From Octopus bimaculoides (lineage: Eukaryota): DNA of 39,040 nt. The notes under the pieces are model-generated. The model worked only from the letters and a program-made list of their open reading frames with translations, was not told the DNA's origin and did not search any database. This document shows positions 10,439 to 22,115 of the stretch, one piece after another. The stretch spans positions 29,835,199 through 29,874,238 of the forward strand of contig NC_069005.1 in the NCBI RefSeq assembly GCF_001194135.2. Reading direction: 5' to 3'. A program made the position numbers and the translations under genes. Numbering within the stretch: position 1 is the first letter of the stretch; each line of letters begins with the position of its first letter.

Positions 10439-11538
10439 ANNNNNNNNNNNNNNNNNNNNNNNNNNNNNNNNNNNNNNNNNNNNNNNNNNNNNNNNNNNNN
10501 NNNNNNNNNNNNNNNNNNNNNNNNNNNNNNNNNNNNNNNNNNNNNNNNNNNNNNNNNNNNNNNNNNNNNNNNNNNNNNNNNNNNNNNNNNNNNNNNNNNN
10601 NNNNNNNNNNNNNNNNNNNNNNNNNNNNNNNNNNNNNNNNNNNNNNNNNNNNNNNNNNNNNNNNNNNNNNNNNNNNNNNNNNNNNNNNNNNNNNNNNNNN
10701 NNNNNNNNNNNNNNNNNNNNNNNNNNNNNNNNNNNNNNNNNNNNNNNNNNNNNNNNNNNNNNNNNNNNNNNNNNNNNNNNNNNNNNNNNNNNNNNNNNNN
10801 NNNNNNNNNNNNNNNNNNNNNNNNNNNNNNNNNNNNNNNNNNNNNNNNNNNNNNNNNNNNNNNNNNNNNNNNNNNNNNNNNNNNNNNNNNNNNNNNNNNN
10901 NNNNNNNNNNNNNNNNNNNNNNNNNNNNNNNNNNNNNNNNNNNNNNNNNNNNNNNNNNNNNNNNNNNNNNNNNNNNNNNNNNNNNNNNNNNNNNNNNNNN
11001 NNNNNNNNNNNNNNNNNNNNNTATATATATATATATCATCATCATCATTTGTACTTTCTGAGGCCTGTGTGCGTTCACGTAAAAGTCGGCATCATGGTTT
11101 CGCTTAGCTATATTTGTTTAGAAATATGGCAAAGAAAATCAGAAAAAATAGAAAATGTGAATAGGTTTGGAACTGCCCCTAGGGGTCAATTCCTCCCTTG
11201 AAAACACACTCAAACGAAAGCTGGGTGCTTTACACACCTTGTGTGCAATAGAAGGTCGAAAAAAGGGATTGCCTGCGGAGCCGATGTGACATCAGTTTAG
11301 TGACAGAGAGAGGGGTAGGAGACATACATAAATATACCTAAGTATTAATACACAGTCGTGTGTATGTAAATGTAACAGACTGCAAAAACAAAAACAAAAA
11401 CTGAATAACGAGATTGAAACGGAAAAAGAAATTTAATTAAATTTTTGAGTTTTTAAATTTAAAAAAAAAATGAGTTATTTCCCCTTTCGACCGACTTCGT
11501 TTTTTTTTAACGATTAAAAAGAAATAACAATTAGTTAA

Positions 11539-11703
11539 CCAATCAACGACGCCGATATAAAATCAACGTCGGCAATTGGAAAGACGTTCGCTGATTGGTC
11601 GAGAGCGCGAATTTTGAAAATTCATAATTGCAGCTGTTTTTTCATCTTGTTTTTATTCGTTCAGAAATTCTCTCTGATTTGGAAACGAACTGAATTTGAA
11701 ACG
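11539..11703 (+). promoter_or_regulatory. CDCA3 promoter / non-coding first exon with CCAAT boxes and a CDE/CHR-like element
   Basis: CCAAT 11539-11543, ATTGG 11575-11579 and 11594-11598, GAGCGCG 11603-11609 then TTTGAA 11613-11618, second TTTGAA 11695-11700. Candidate donor G|gtaatt at 11703 and acceptor ttcttcaaag| at 12447. Confidence 0.6.
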
Positions 11704-11804
11704 GTAATTCNNNNNNNNNNTTATCTTTGTATTTTCTTAGGTTTTTCTTTGAGGATTGTTTTCGTTAAATTGAAGATGTTTACACCAGTAGAAACACCTT
11801 CAAC

Positions 11805-11854
<50 letters not shown>

Positions 11855-12120
11855 CAATGAGGATATTTCAACATTTTATAGGGATTTTTATCCAAGACAC
11901 ACTGGTTTAATATATTATATTTTGAAAAGATGTTTCTTCAATGAATATAGAATATCGTAATATATCAAACATTATTATCGAGTTAGAAAACAGAGCGATC
12001 TAATGGATACAAATTAATTTATTAACTAACCAATGTGTTGATTAATTAATAAATTAATTTGTATCTATTAGATCTACCTGTTTTCTTCCTCGATAACATA
12101 TATATATATTCACTCATTCG

Positions 12121-12240
12121 ATCCGGGTTCAGTCCCACTGCGTAGTACCTTGGGCAGGTGACTTCTACTATAGCCTCGGACCAACCAAAGCTTTGTGAGT
12201 AGATTTTGTAGACGGAAACTGAACGAAACCCATCATATAT
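12121..12240 (+). mobile_element. SINE family A fragment
   Basis: gggttcagtcccactgcgt...gacggaaactga. Confidence 0.7.
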
Positions 12241-12453
12241 TGCAGAGAATTTTTTTTAAATCACCCATTTTTCTGAAAGTTATGAGAAAACAAAGGTGAC
12301 TTCTTTCTTTGAATTTTCCGAAACTTCTCTCCCCATCCACGGATAATTTTCTTCACAAATTCCTCTCAAAATAACTGGCTTTGTACCTAAATTTAATTTA
12401 AAAAATTTTTTTTAGGGACTTGTTAAAATTTACTTACTTCTTCAAAGAGCACC

Positions 12454-12685
12454 ATGGGCAACTGGATAAGTGGAACCCAGGATCCAGAAGCTGACGTTGC
12501 CACTCCGCCGCCATCAGTGCTTTCCTTACATCAACGGTATTCCCTGGACCCTCGATCCCCTTCTACATTCTTCAAGCGTACCCCTATCTTGGTGTGTGAC
12601 AAACCAAATCCAATCATCGATCCGCGATCACCATCTTTTGAAATCAACCGAACCCCTTTATTCTGTAGCTACCACAAAGAAAATG
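12454..12685 (+). CDS. CDCA3: CDCA3/Tome-1-like protein, coding exon 1
   Basis: ATG in strong Kozak context (GCACCATGG). MGNWIS fits an MGxxxS myristoylation-type start. Two DPRSPS..RTP repeats typical of CDCA3. Donor G|gtaag at 12685/12686, phase 1. Confidence 0.85.
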
Positions 12686-13603
12686 GTAAGAATTTTTTTT
12701 TCTTTTTTTATCTTTTGGCTCCTTTCCCACCTCCATCACATCCCGTGTTAGAAGCTAATACCTTTCTTATTTCAGAGGTTCAAATCCTACCCCAATAACC
12801 ATTCCTTCACTGCATTTCCCTCCACCCATTTGCCACCCACCTCTCACATTCTCACAAACTTACACCCATACCACATCTTTTTCACCTCCCTGCAACTTGA
12901 GGGTACACTCTGACACCTTTTTACTACCAAACCCCTCTTCCAGCTGGGACAACCATGTATCTCCTCCTACAGCAAGACATCTGTCTCTGTCCCTCTATTT
13001 TAATTTAACCTCCCCTCATCTGGCATAAAGCTACCTCCTCAATACTATTCCCTTCACTTAAGAGGTCTTTTTCTTGTGAATACTTGGTGACCCTACTAGT
13101 CCCCAGTGCCACATAAAAAAGCTTCCAATATATTCTGTAAAATGGTTGGTGTTATGAAGGGCATAATGTCAAAACAAGCAGAGGAAAACATACATGCATA
13201 TTTACATTTATATATACAGTAATCACTCACCATATCGTGAATATGTGTGTGTGTGTATCTCTTGCTTACTGTGCATGCGTGTGTGTATGTGTGTTTCTCA
13301 TTTACTGTGCATGTGTGTGTGTCTTACAGTGAATGCAAGAACATATTAATCTCAAATCAGTTTGCATGCATATATGTGCATTCACTTGCAGATAGCGGCA
13401 TTTGAGAGAATCATCATCATCAACACTACCACCACCAACAACAACCAGCTAAAATGTGTGTTTCTTTGTGTGTGTGTGATAGTGTTTGTCTCTTCGGTGT
13501 GCTTCTGGTACTTGTTCTGTGTGTTTTTGTGTGTGCTGTGTTGTGTACATCTACCATGCACCCCACCTCTCTCTCTCTCACCATCCATTTGTCTACTCAC
13601 CAG

Positions 13604-14002
13604 AGGTCACAACTACCCAGGTGCCACAGCCTGCCACTCCGTTCACATCATCACCGATGGTAACCAAGATCAAGCCACTGTGCTTCGAGGGGGACAGTGA
13701 GCGGGAGGAGGAGGAAGAGGAGCGCATGAACGAGTCGTCATATTTGTCGATCGTGTCCGAGCAGAATATCAGCACCCACCACAACATCACCCTGGCTCAA
13801 CCGGGCTACCTAAGCGACCAGATGACCGATCTAGTTACAGAGTGTTCCATCACAGACCAACCAGACATCTGCTGTGACAGTGTCTCCAAACTGGACGACC
13901 AAGGTGTCAGTGTGGTCAAGCTGTCTGAGCCAGACGACTTTAGCAACAGTGTGTCCGAGTCAGACATTTGCAGTGACCCTGGTCATCTTCCCTTGGACGA
14001 AC
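13604..14002 (+). CDS. CDCA3: CDCA3-like protein, coding exon 2 (acidic, Ser/Asp-rich)
   Basis: Acceptor cag| at 13603 (phase 1) and donor C|gtaag at 14002 (phase 1); the frame stays open and matches exons 1 and 3. Confidence 0.75.
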
Positions 14003-14439
14003 GTAAGAACCCTTTTTTCTCCTTGTTTTCTGTTATATTGAATCTACAGATCATATAAAAAAAATATGTCGGGAGTCCTTCCCAAGTCTTAGGCTCATAA
14101 GGCTGGTTTCCCCAGATTCTGAGGTGTATACATTCCCCCACTGGATGGGACGCCAGTCTCCATCATAGGATTACTCACTTTTGCCAGTTGAGTGGACTGG
14201 ATCAATGTGAACAGAAGTGTCCTGCTCAAGAACACAACACATCACTCAGTCCAAGAATCGAAACCTCAATCTTACAGCCACGAGTGTAACGCTGTGACCA
14301 CTGAGCCACATGCCTCCACCCACAGGGCATTTTAGAGACTGTGTATACATGTAGGTTGTGATGGGATGTGAGTATGCATATCATCCTCATTTAATGACCA
14401 CTGGTGCTGGTGCATGTATGGGTCAGACAGAATTTGTTG

Positions 14440-14600
14440 AGGCAATTTTTCTATCACCAGATGCAGGATGGTTGGTGTGAGGACCAGCCGTAAAAACCTT
14501 GCCAAAACAGACACAGGAGGCTGGGGTAGTCTTCTACTTGGTAAGCTCCTGTCAACTGTCCTACCTATGCCAGCATAGAAGGCAAATGTTGATGATGAAG
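14440..14600 (+). mobile_element. RTE-type 3' tail fragment
   Basis: Similar to the 3' UTR of the 16.6-kb element; ends in GATGATGA. Confidence 0.55.
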
Positions 14601-14923
14601 AGCTTATTTCAATTTCCATCTACCAAAGCCACTCACAAGGCTTTGATCCGACTGGTGCTATAGTAGAAAGAAGACTCTTATCAAGGTGCCATGTGCTTGG
14701 GAAACGAACTGTGGAGCTACACAGCCACACTTGTGCCTGTGTCGCTGTTTTCTGACTCACCATTTCCTGTTGAACCATCCAACCCATGCTAACCTTGAAA
14801 ACAGACATAAAATGGTGTTGCATATATACATATATGTATATGTGTGTATCTATGTTGTGTGTGTATCTATGTATGTGTGTGAGTATGTATATGTGTGTAA
14901 ATATATATATGTGTGTTTATTTC

Positions 14924-15083
14924 TAACCACTGCTTGTTGGTTTGTTTACATGCCCATTCATTCGCAGTTTTACCATAGAGGCCAACAGAATTAGTACCAG
15001 GCTTTAAATAAAAAAGAGGTACTAAAACCCATTAAAATGGTGCTCCAGCATGACCACTGTCCGACGACTGAAACAAATAGAAA
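14924..15083 (+). mobile_element. Diverged SINE family A 3' part
   Basis: ggtgctccagcatgaccac...gactgaaacaa tail. Confidence 0.55.
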
Positions 15084-15193
15084 ATTAACACTTGTTGTTG
15101 GCAGGGTAGAGGTATTCGTTTTATTGCTTGTTTTTTATATTGTTGCAGTCTTTTTATTTTATTTATTTATTTATTTGTTCATTTATTTTCCAG

Positions 15194-15912
15194 AAGTTTC
15201 CACACAAATTGCAGAGAACAAACAAAAGGAAACCGAAGATGGGAATCTGGAGAAGAACCATTGCAGTGATGCGGATGAGGTTACAGACGTGACTGGTGAT
15301 GTGTTGAATATGGATGTAGGCTCTGATGGTAGTTACATCAACAGTAACACTACTCCTACTACAACTAATGATGCTACTACTACTACTACTACTACTACTA
15401 CTGCTGCTGCTGTAACTTGTACCGATGCTGGTCATAAGCTGCAGTTGTTTTCGGTTGGTGCTCTTGACCGGAAGGAGAGAAGCAAGGCCAGCAGCATCCC
15501 ACTCGCAGTGAAAAAAAAGCCAAGGACAGAGGCAGAGGTTGGTCAGTCTGCATTTGACAATTGCAATGAGAAGAATACAGCAATGTCCCTGCAACAACAT
15601 CACAACAACATCTACAAAAATAAGAAGACAACGAAAGCAGTGGTTGCTGCTGCTGATGCTGGTGGTGGTGGTGGTGGTGTTGTCTCTGGTGTTCGGTCAC
15701 CACTGCAAAGTCGAAATTGTGGAAGCATCATCGCTGGCAACAACAGGTATCGGTCATCTCTGGCTAAGATGCCAGCTCGAGCCAACGTCAATTCTACTGG
15801 CGGAGCAGTTGTTAAAACGGTTTCTAAGCCTGTTTTCAATTGGGGTCTCGAATCTAGTGAAGTCAAGTTTGTTCATGATAAAGAAAACATGTCCATTCGT
15901 TGGCCAAAGTGA
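15194..15912 (+). CDS. CDCA3: CDCA3-like protein, last coding exon
   Basis: Acceptor ttttccag| at 15193, phase 1. Contains RSPLQSRN (D-box-like) and C-terminal HDKEN (KEN box); TGA at 15910-15912. Spliced CDS 232+399+719=1350 nt. Confidence 0.82.
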
Positions 15913-16499
15913 TTGCACCACCCCTAACCTCAGTCATGTCTTTTCTCTCTCACACCCTCTCTTTCCTTCTCTTTTGCTCTTTCTCTCTCTCTTTCTCTAT
16001 CCCTCACTTTTTTTTTTTTCTCCTTTATATGAAGACTATGTGACAACTCGACTTCATCCTTCATGTAACAGTCGGCTATACTGCTTTTAGAATGGTACGC
16101 TCTTCAACAATCTTCAGTTGGAATACTCACACAGAGACACCTACATGTGTACATACATACATATGTGTATGTCCGTATATAAAGACTTGTCTTTGGTTGG
16201 TGCTCTTTTTAAAGTCAGAAATCACTTTAGAAATATGTATGTATGTAGTTTTTTTTTTCTTCTTTATATTTTATATGTATATATAAATCATTTTTTATCA
16301 ATTTATTTTCTCTTGTGAATGGTTCTTGTATATAGAATATTGGTAAATCCTCTCTTTAGCATTCAAATCAGCCATACCCAGCCCAAATATTCTACCTGTC
16401 TTATGTGCAAACCTGCAAGATCCAACCTCTCACAGGTACCCTTATCACATCATTGAAATCTCAAATCTAAATAATACATGATTAATTCAAAGCAATACG

Positions 16500-16505
16500 A
16501 ATAAA
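16500..16505 (+). other. Candidate polyadenylation signal of CDCA3-like gene
   Basis: First AATAAA I found after the stop at 15912. Confidence 0.35.
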
Positions 16506-16630
16506 TTAAGCATTACATTTGACAAGGAAACTCTGAATGCCAAAGGGTTAAGTAACTCTGAACCTGTGACACTTCCTGAGGGTTCACAGAGGAAAGGATT
16601 GGCAGAGCTGTCAGTGCTGGACAAAATACC

Positions 16631-17330
16631 TTCATCATCATCATTTAACATTCGTTGTCCATGCTGGCATAGGTTGGATGGTTTGACGAGGACTTGTAAG
16701 CTGAGGAGCTGCACCAGACTCCAGTCTGATTTGGCATGGTTTTTTTTATGGCTGGATGCCCTTCCTTCCTAACGCCAACCACTCCAAGAGTGCAAAGGGT
16801 GCTTTGTATGTGCCACTGGCACAGATTCCAGTTATGTGACATCAGCTTCGGCCGCATTGCCTCTGCAAGGCCCAACACTCAAATGATGCTTTTTACATGA
16901 CACCGGCATGGGTGCCAGTTACAGGACACCAGCATTGGCCACAACTACAGTTTCATTTGGCTTGACGGGTCTTCTCAAGCATAGCATATTACCAAAGACC
17001 TCAGTCACTAGTCATTGTCTCTGTGAGATCCAAGGCTTGACGATCATGCTTCACTACCTTGTCCCATGTTTTCTTGAGTCTGCCTCTACCATAGGTTCCC
17101 TCCACAGTTAGAGTTCGGCACTTCATTACACAGCTGTCCTCGTCCATATGCATCACATGATCATACCAGTGCAGTCGTCTCTCTTGCACACCACACCTGA
17201 TGCCCCTTAGGCCCAACTTTCTCTCAAAATGCTTACACTTTGTCATACATGCACACTGGCATTGCACAACCAGCAAAGCTTACTAGCTTCATTTCCCATG
17301 TTTCACTGCCCTGTGGCATAGCTGTTCACA
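16631..17330 (-). mobile_element. RTE-clade LINE 3' fragment
   Basis: Translation RRLHWYDHVMHMDEDSCVMKC...GRGRLKKTW is the typical RTE ORF C-terminus; ends in a (TGA)n-type tail. Confidence 0.8.
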
Positions 17331-17717
17331 GCTACACTCTTGGAGCATCCACCTCTACTAATGACTTGGTCACCTAGGTAACGGAAGCTATCAACTACCT
17401 CTCGCTTACTCCACTGGCAAGTCAGTCATACAAGTGGGAGGGGTTGCACATCTTGCCGTGCTAGGTACTTGCTCCAGAATCAATTTGTCAGTAAGCACAA
17501 CTGACAATTTTTTATACTTTTTATTTGTGTGTGTATTTTACTTTCGACTGAATTATAAAAGAAAACAAAAAGTAAAGAAACAGCATAAGCTTTTCTGCAT
17601 CTTAAATGTCAGTATATTTCAATATGTATCAAATATACAACGCCCTATAAAGGGAGATTATGTTGCAAAATGTTCAAACAGAGTAGTCTTCTCTTGTTAT
17701 ATATATATACATACATA

Positions 17718-17990
17718 TACTCTTTTACTTGTTTCAGTCATTTGACTGTGGCCATGCTGGAGCACCGCCTTTAGTCGAGCAAATCGACCCCAGGACTTAT
17801 TCTTTGGAAGCCTAGTACTTATTCTATCGGTCTGTTTTGCCGAACCGCTAGGTTACGGGGACGTAAACACACCACCATCGGTTGTCAAGCGATGTTGGGG
17901 GGACAAACACAGACACTAAAACATATACACACACATATATATATATACATATATACGACGGGCTTCTTTTAGTTTCCGTCTACCAAATCC
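17718..17990 (-). mobile_element. SINE family A (runs into gap)
   Basis: Reverse complement of the family A 3' two-thirds. Confidence 0.8.
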
Positions 17991-18675
17991 NNNNNNNNNN
18001 NNNNNNNNNNNNNNNNNNNNNNNNNNNNNNNNNNNNNNNNNNNNNNNNNNNNNNNNNNNNNNNNNNNNNNNNNNNNNNNNNNNNNNNNNNNNNNNNNNNN
18101 NNNNNNNNNNNNNNNNNNNNNNNNNNNNNNNNNNNNNNNNNNNNNNNNNNNNNNNNNNNNNNNNNNNNNNNNNNNNNNNNNNNNNNNNNNNNNNNNNNNN
18201 NNNNNNNNNNNNNNNNNNNNNNNNNNNNNTATATATATAGAGATTTAGATTCAAAATTGAATAAGGTACTTATATTTAGGCACCCGAATATAGTATGGTA
18301 TGGTATTATACAAAAACCATTCCAAAAACGAGGTGATCAAAAAGTCAAAATAAGCAACATGGATTTTAAAGATGATTGCAGTACGCACGTTTCATGCTAC
18401 TCCATTTATTTAAGTAATGCGAGCATTACATTAAATATATATATATATATATGTATGTACCCCAATTTTTTTTCAAAAACACATTTTAGTGTTTGTGAAA
18501 AAGTAATAAAAATTGTCAAAAGCCCTGAAATCTTTTTCTCTGAAAACTTTTCATACATTAAATACCATTTTGATTTCTTAAAAACCCATTGTCAAAATAG
18601 TTTATTTAAAAGTTTGTAAGGTGTTAGTATGGAGGTGAGGAAAAAAAAGAAAGAAATCGATCAATCCCACAGAAC

Positions 18676-18906
18676 CTAGCTTTGGGAGAGTGCTAGCTTC
18701 TCATCAGGTTTCCCTTCGCTGGTGCCAGTCAACGTACTGAAAGTGATGCCAGCCTCTTTAGATAAGTCCCTGTGAGTGCCAATGATTTTCTCCATCAACT
18801 GTATTTCCTTGTCTCGTTTCTCAACATTCTCAATAGGAGTCCAAGATTGGTCGTGCTCCAGGCGGAAAGCACCAATGAAATCATTTGAACACGTTGGTCC
18901 CCATTC
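18676..18906 (-). CDS. C1orf50: C1orf50 homologue, last exon (EWGPTCSNDFIGAFRLEHDQSWTP...LALSQS*)
   Basis: Hand translation (not in the ORF track): ttacag acceptor, TAG at 18676-18678; matches EWG..C..DF.GA..L.HD.SWTP. Total CDS 606 nt. Confidence 0.9.
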   Translation of the reverse strand, partial: EWGPTCSNDFIGAFRLEHDQSWTPIENVEKRDKEIQLMEKIIGTHRDLSKEAGITFSTLTGTSEGKPDEKLALSQS

Positions 18907-18953
18907 CTGTAATAAATAAACAATTGAGTCATCTCTCTGTAAAAATCAGTGTA

Positions 18954-19130
18954 TCATCATCATCATCATTATTTAATGTCTATGCTGACCTTGGCTGGAT
19001 GGTTTAACAGGAGCTGCCAAGCCAGAGGACTGTCAAAGCTTCAGTCTGCTTTGGCATGGTTTCTGGCTAGATGTCCTTCCTAACGTCAACCACTTTACAG
19101 AGTGCACTGGGTGCTTTTTATGTGGCATCA
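18954..19130 (-). mobile_element. RTE-type 3' tail fragment
   Basis: (TCA)n tail plus shared tail motifs such as caaccactttacagagt. Confidence 0.6.
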
Positions 19131-19520
19131 ATACCAGTGAAATCTTCAAGTAATTTGCAAGACAAGACCCCTCAACTGAGGGAAGGGTGTAATATTAAGG
19201 ATGATGGCTTTATGTTGAGTGATTAGAATCAAAAGGATGATGGAAGGACAGGAACAGTTGTCTGGCTGTAGAGGAGATGCAGGACTACCTGAGTTGGAAA
19301 AGGAGAGGTGAAGAGGTGTCAACGCATACACACAAGTTAATGGGTAGGTAAGTTCAAAAGAGAGTGAATAAGGGTGGGTGGATAAAGCCCCTTCCTAAGG
19401 TGTTGCCTGGTTTTCATAACAAATACATTCCCCACTGGACAGGAAGTTGGTTTGTCACAGGATTTCTCATTTTTGCCAGCTGAGTGGACTGGAGCAATGT
19501 GAAATGTATCACTCCAGTAC

Positions 19521-19662
19521 ACTCTGTAAAGTGGTTGGCACTAAGAAGGGTATCCAGCCATACAAATCAGACAATTCAAGCCAGGTGAATCTCTCTGGCT
19601 GGCCAGTCCTGTTAAACTGTCCAACCCATGCCAGCATGGAAAATTGATGTTAAATGATGATG
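19521..19662 (+). mobile_element. RTE-type 3' tail fragment
   Basis: Same tail in the opposite orientation; ends ttaaatgatgatg. Confidence 0.6.
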
Positions 19663-19866
19663 TATATGTGAGTGTATGTTTGTATCTCCTTGACTGACCA
19701 TGATGATGGAAGAGTGTGATATGAGGGAATTTTGGCTGCTATTTTATGTCAACTGATCCCTTACATTAATCCTGTATTTTCAAGTGACCAAATAAAAGGT
19801 CCCTTGCTGACCCTGTATACTTTGTAATGATTCACTGAAAAGACAACTCTGAAATAGTTTTAGCTA

Positions 19867-20088
<222 letters not shown>

Positions 20089-20279
20089 TTATGATGATCA
20101 CTGAGCATTAAGAACATTCTACATTCAGACAAATTTACACTTGTGACTCAGCTAGTGACTGATAAGCCCACCTCTTGATAAACATACACAAACACATACA
20201 TATATTTATACGAGGGGTGTATGAAAAGTCTTGAGCCTCAAAAGAACAAAACATGGTACAAGACTTCAAGGCTCAAATA

Positions 20280-20452
20280 GGCACAGGAGTGGCTGTGTGG
20301 TAAGTAGCTTGCTTACCAACCACATGGTTCCGGGTTCAGTCCCACTGCGTGGCACCTTGGGCAAGTATCTTCTACAATAGCCTCGGGCCGACCAAAGCCT
20401 TGTGAGTGGATTTGGTAGACGGAAACTGAAAGAAGCCAGTCGTATATATGTA
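20280..20452 (+). mobile_element. SINE family A, 5' half
   Basis: Closely similar to 21135-21305. Confidence 0.8.
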
Positions 20453-20714
20453 TAAACTGATTTAACACCTAAGTTTTCTTTGAATTTTTTTTTATATAGA
20501 AACTGAGGATTGATGATAGAGATTATTTGACAAAATAGCAAATTATGATCCCTTTTCCATTTTTGCTGTTTATTGTTTTTCCACATTTTTTTTCAAATGG
20601 CTGAATTTGTTGCGTCAAATCAAATAGTGCAAGCAATCTTGTATTCTATTTGCAGGGAAAAAAACTAACCAATCCATGAAACTTAAGTAACAAGTCAGAA
20701 AACCTTAAATATTA

Positions 20715-20999
<285 letters not shown>

Positions 21000-21133
21000 C
21001 TACAAGTGATAATGATGTACTTTGATGTGAAGGGTGGTTTAGTAATTGTTTAGTCTTAGGACACACATCTATACTAAACCACACTATTACATTAAAATAT
21101 ATACAAGAAGTTGGTCAAATGATTAACTAACAT

Positions 21134-21526
21134 AGGCGCTGGAGTGGCTGTGTGGTAAGTAGCTTGATCCCCAACCACATGGTTCTGGGTTCAGTCCCAC
21201 TGCATGGCACCTTGGGCAAGTGTCTTCTACTATAGCCTCGGGCTGACCAAAGCCTTGCGAGTGGATTTGGTAGACGGAAACTGAAAGAAGCCTGTCGTAT
21301 ATATGTCTATATATATATATGTGTGTGTGTGTCTGTTTGTCCCCGCCATCATCGCTTGACAACTGATGCTGATGTGTTTACGTCCCTTGTGACCTAGCAG
21401 TTGGGCAAAAAGAGACTGATAGAATAAGTACTAGGCTTCCAAAGAATAAGTCCTGGGCTTGATTTGTTCGACTGAATGCGGTACTCCAGCATGGCCGCAG
21501 TCAAATGACTGAAACGAGTAAAAGAG
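21134..21526 (+). mobile_element. Full-length tRNA-derived SINE (family A)
   Basis: A-box-like TGGCTGTGTGG and B-box-like GGTTCAGTCCC, internal (TA/TG)n, tail ...gtactccagcatggccgcagtcaaatgactgaaac; candidate TSD TAACAT at 21128-21133 and 21527-21532. Confidence 0.85.
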
Positions 21527-22002
21527 TAACATTTGTGGTTGGCAACAAAGTTTGATTTGTGGTCTTTAATTGCTGGAGAAACATCTTTCTTTCTTTGAAC
21601 ACCTGCCCTACCCTCAATGCCGAATCTAAAAGCTACCTATTTTAGAATTAGACATAGCAATCTCAGGTGATGGTGAACTCTCTCATCACTTTGATAAATG
21701 AGGGTTTTAACAAGACACACCTACACAATGTTCTTCCAGGTCTGGGGAAAATAACCATCGCCCTGAGGCCACACATATGCAGGGTCAAAGCAGAAGACTT
21801 CCAGAAGTGTCCTCTACCTGTCCCTCCCCTCTTTCTCTATCGCAACTGGATTTACAAAGAAAGCGTGATGGTGTGGCATTGATGCTGGTGTTGTGGTTGG
21901 CTGAACAACCAGTACGATGAACATACAATATATTATAGTGGGCGTGGTTTGTACAAGTAGGGCGTGATCAAGCAGGTTAAAAATGGTTTGATGGTTACAT
22001 AC

Positions 22003-22115
22003 CTTCTGTATTTGTTGAGCTAGCTCAACCAAGTCGACAGGAGATGACTTGTGTGCATTGTGAGAATTGACCAATTGGACACCACCAGGGGCACTGCTTC
22101 GCTCAACAAGTTGCA
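22003..22115 (-). CDS. C1orf50: C1orf50 homologue, exon 2 (VQLVERSSAPGGVQLV...DLVELAQQIQK)
   Basis: Acceptor tttctcttccag, donor AAG|gtatgt; resembles the human C1orf50 LVE..PGGL.LV...DLV.LA.Q.QK segment. Confidence 0.9.

Noticed and set aside
15163-16090. Overlapping alternative-frame and antisense ORFs over the CDCA3 exon
   Set aside because: By-products of trinucleotide repeats and low-complexity coding sequence; no recognisable domains.
20209-20240. TACGAGGGGTGTATGAAAAGT, resembling a mariner terminal repeat
   Set aside because: No matching second TIR or transposase sequence found; too short to support.
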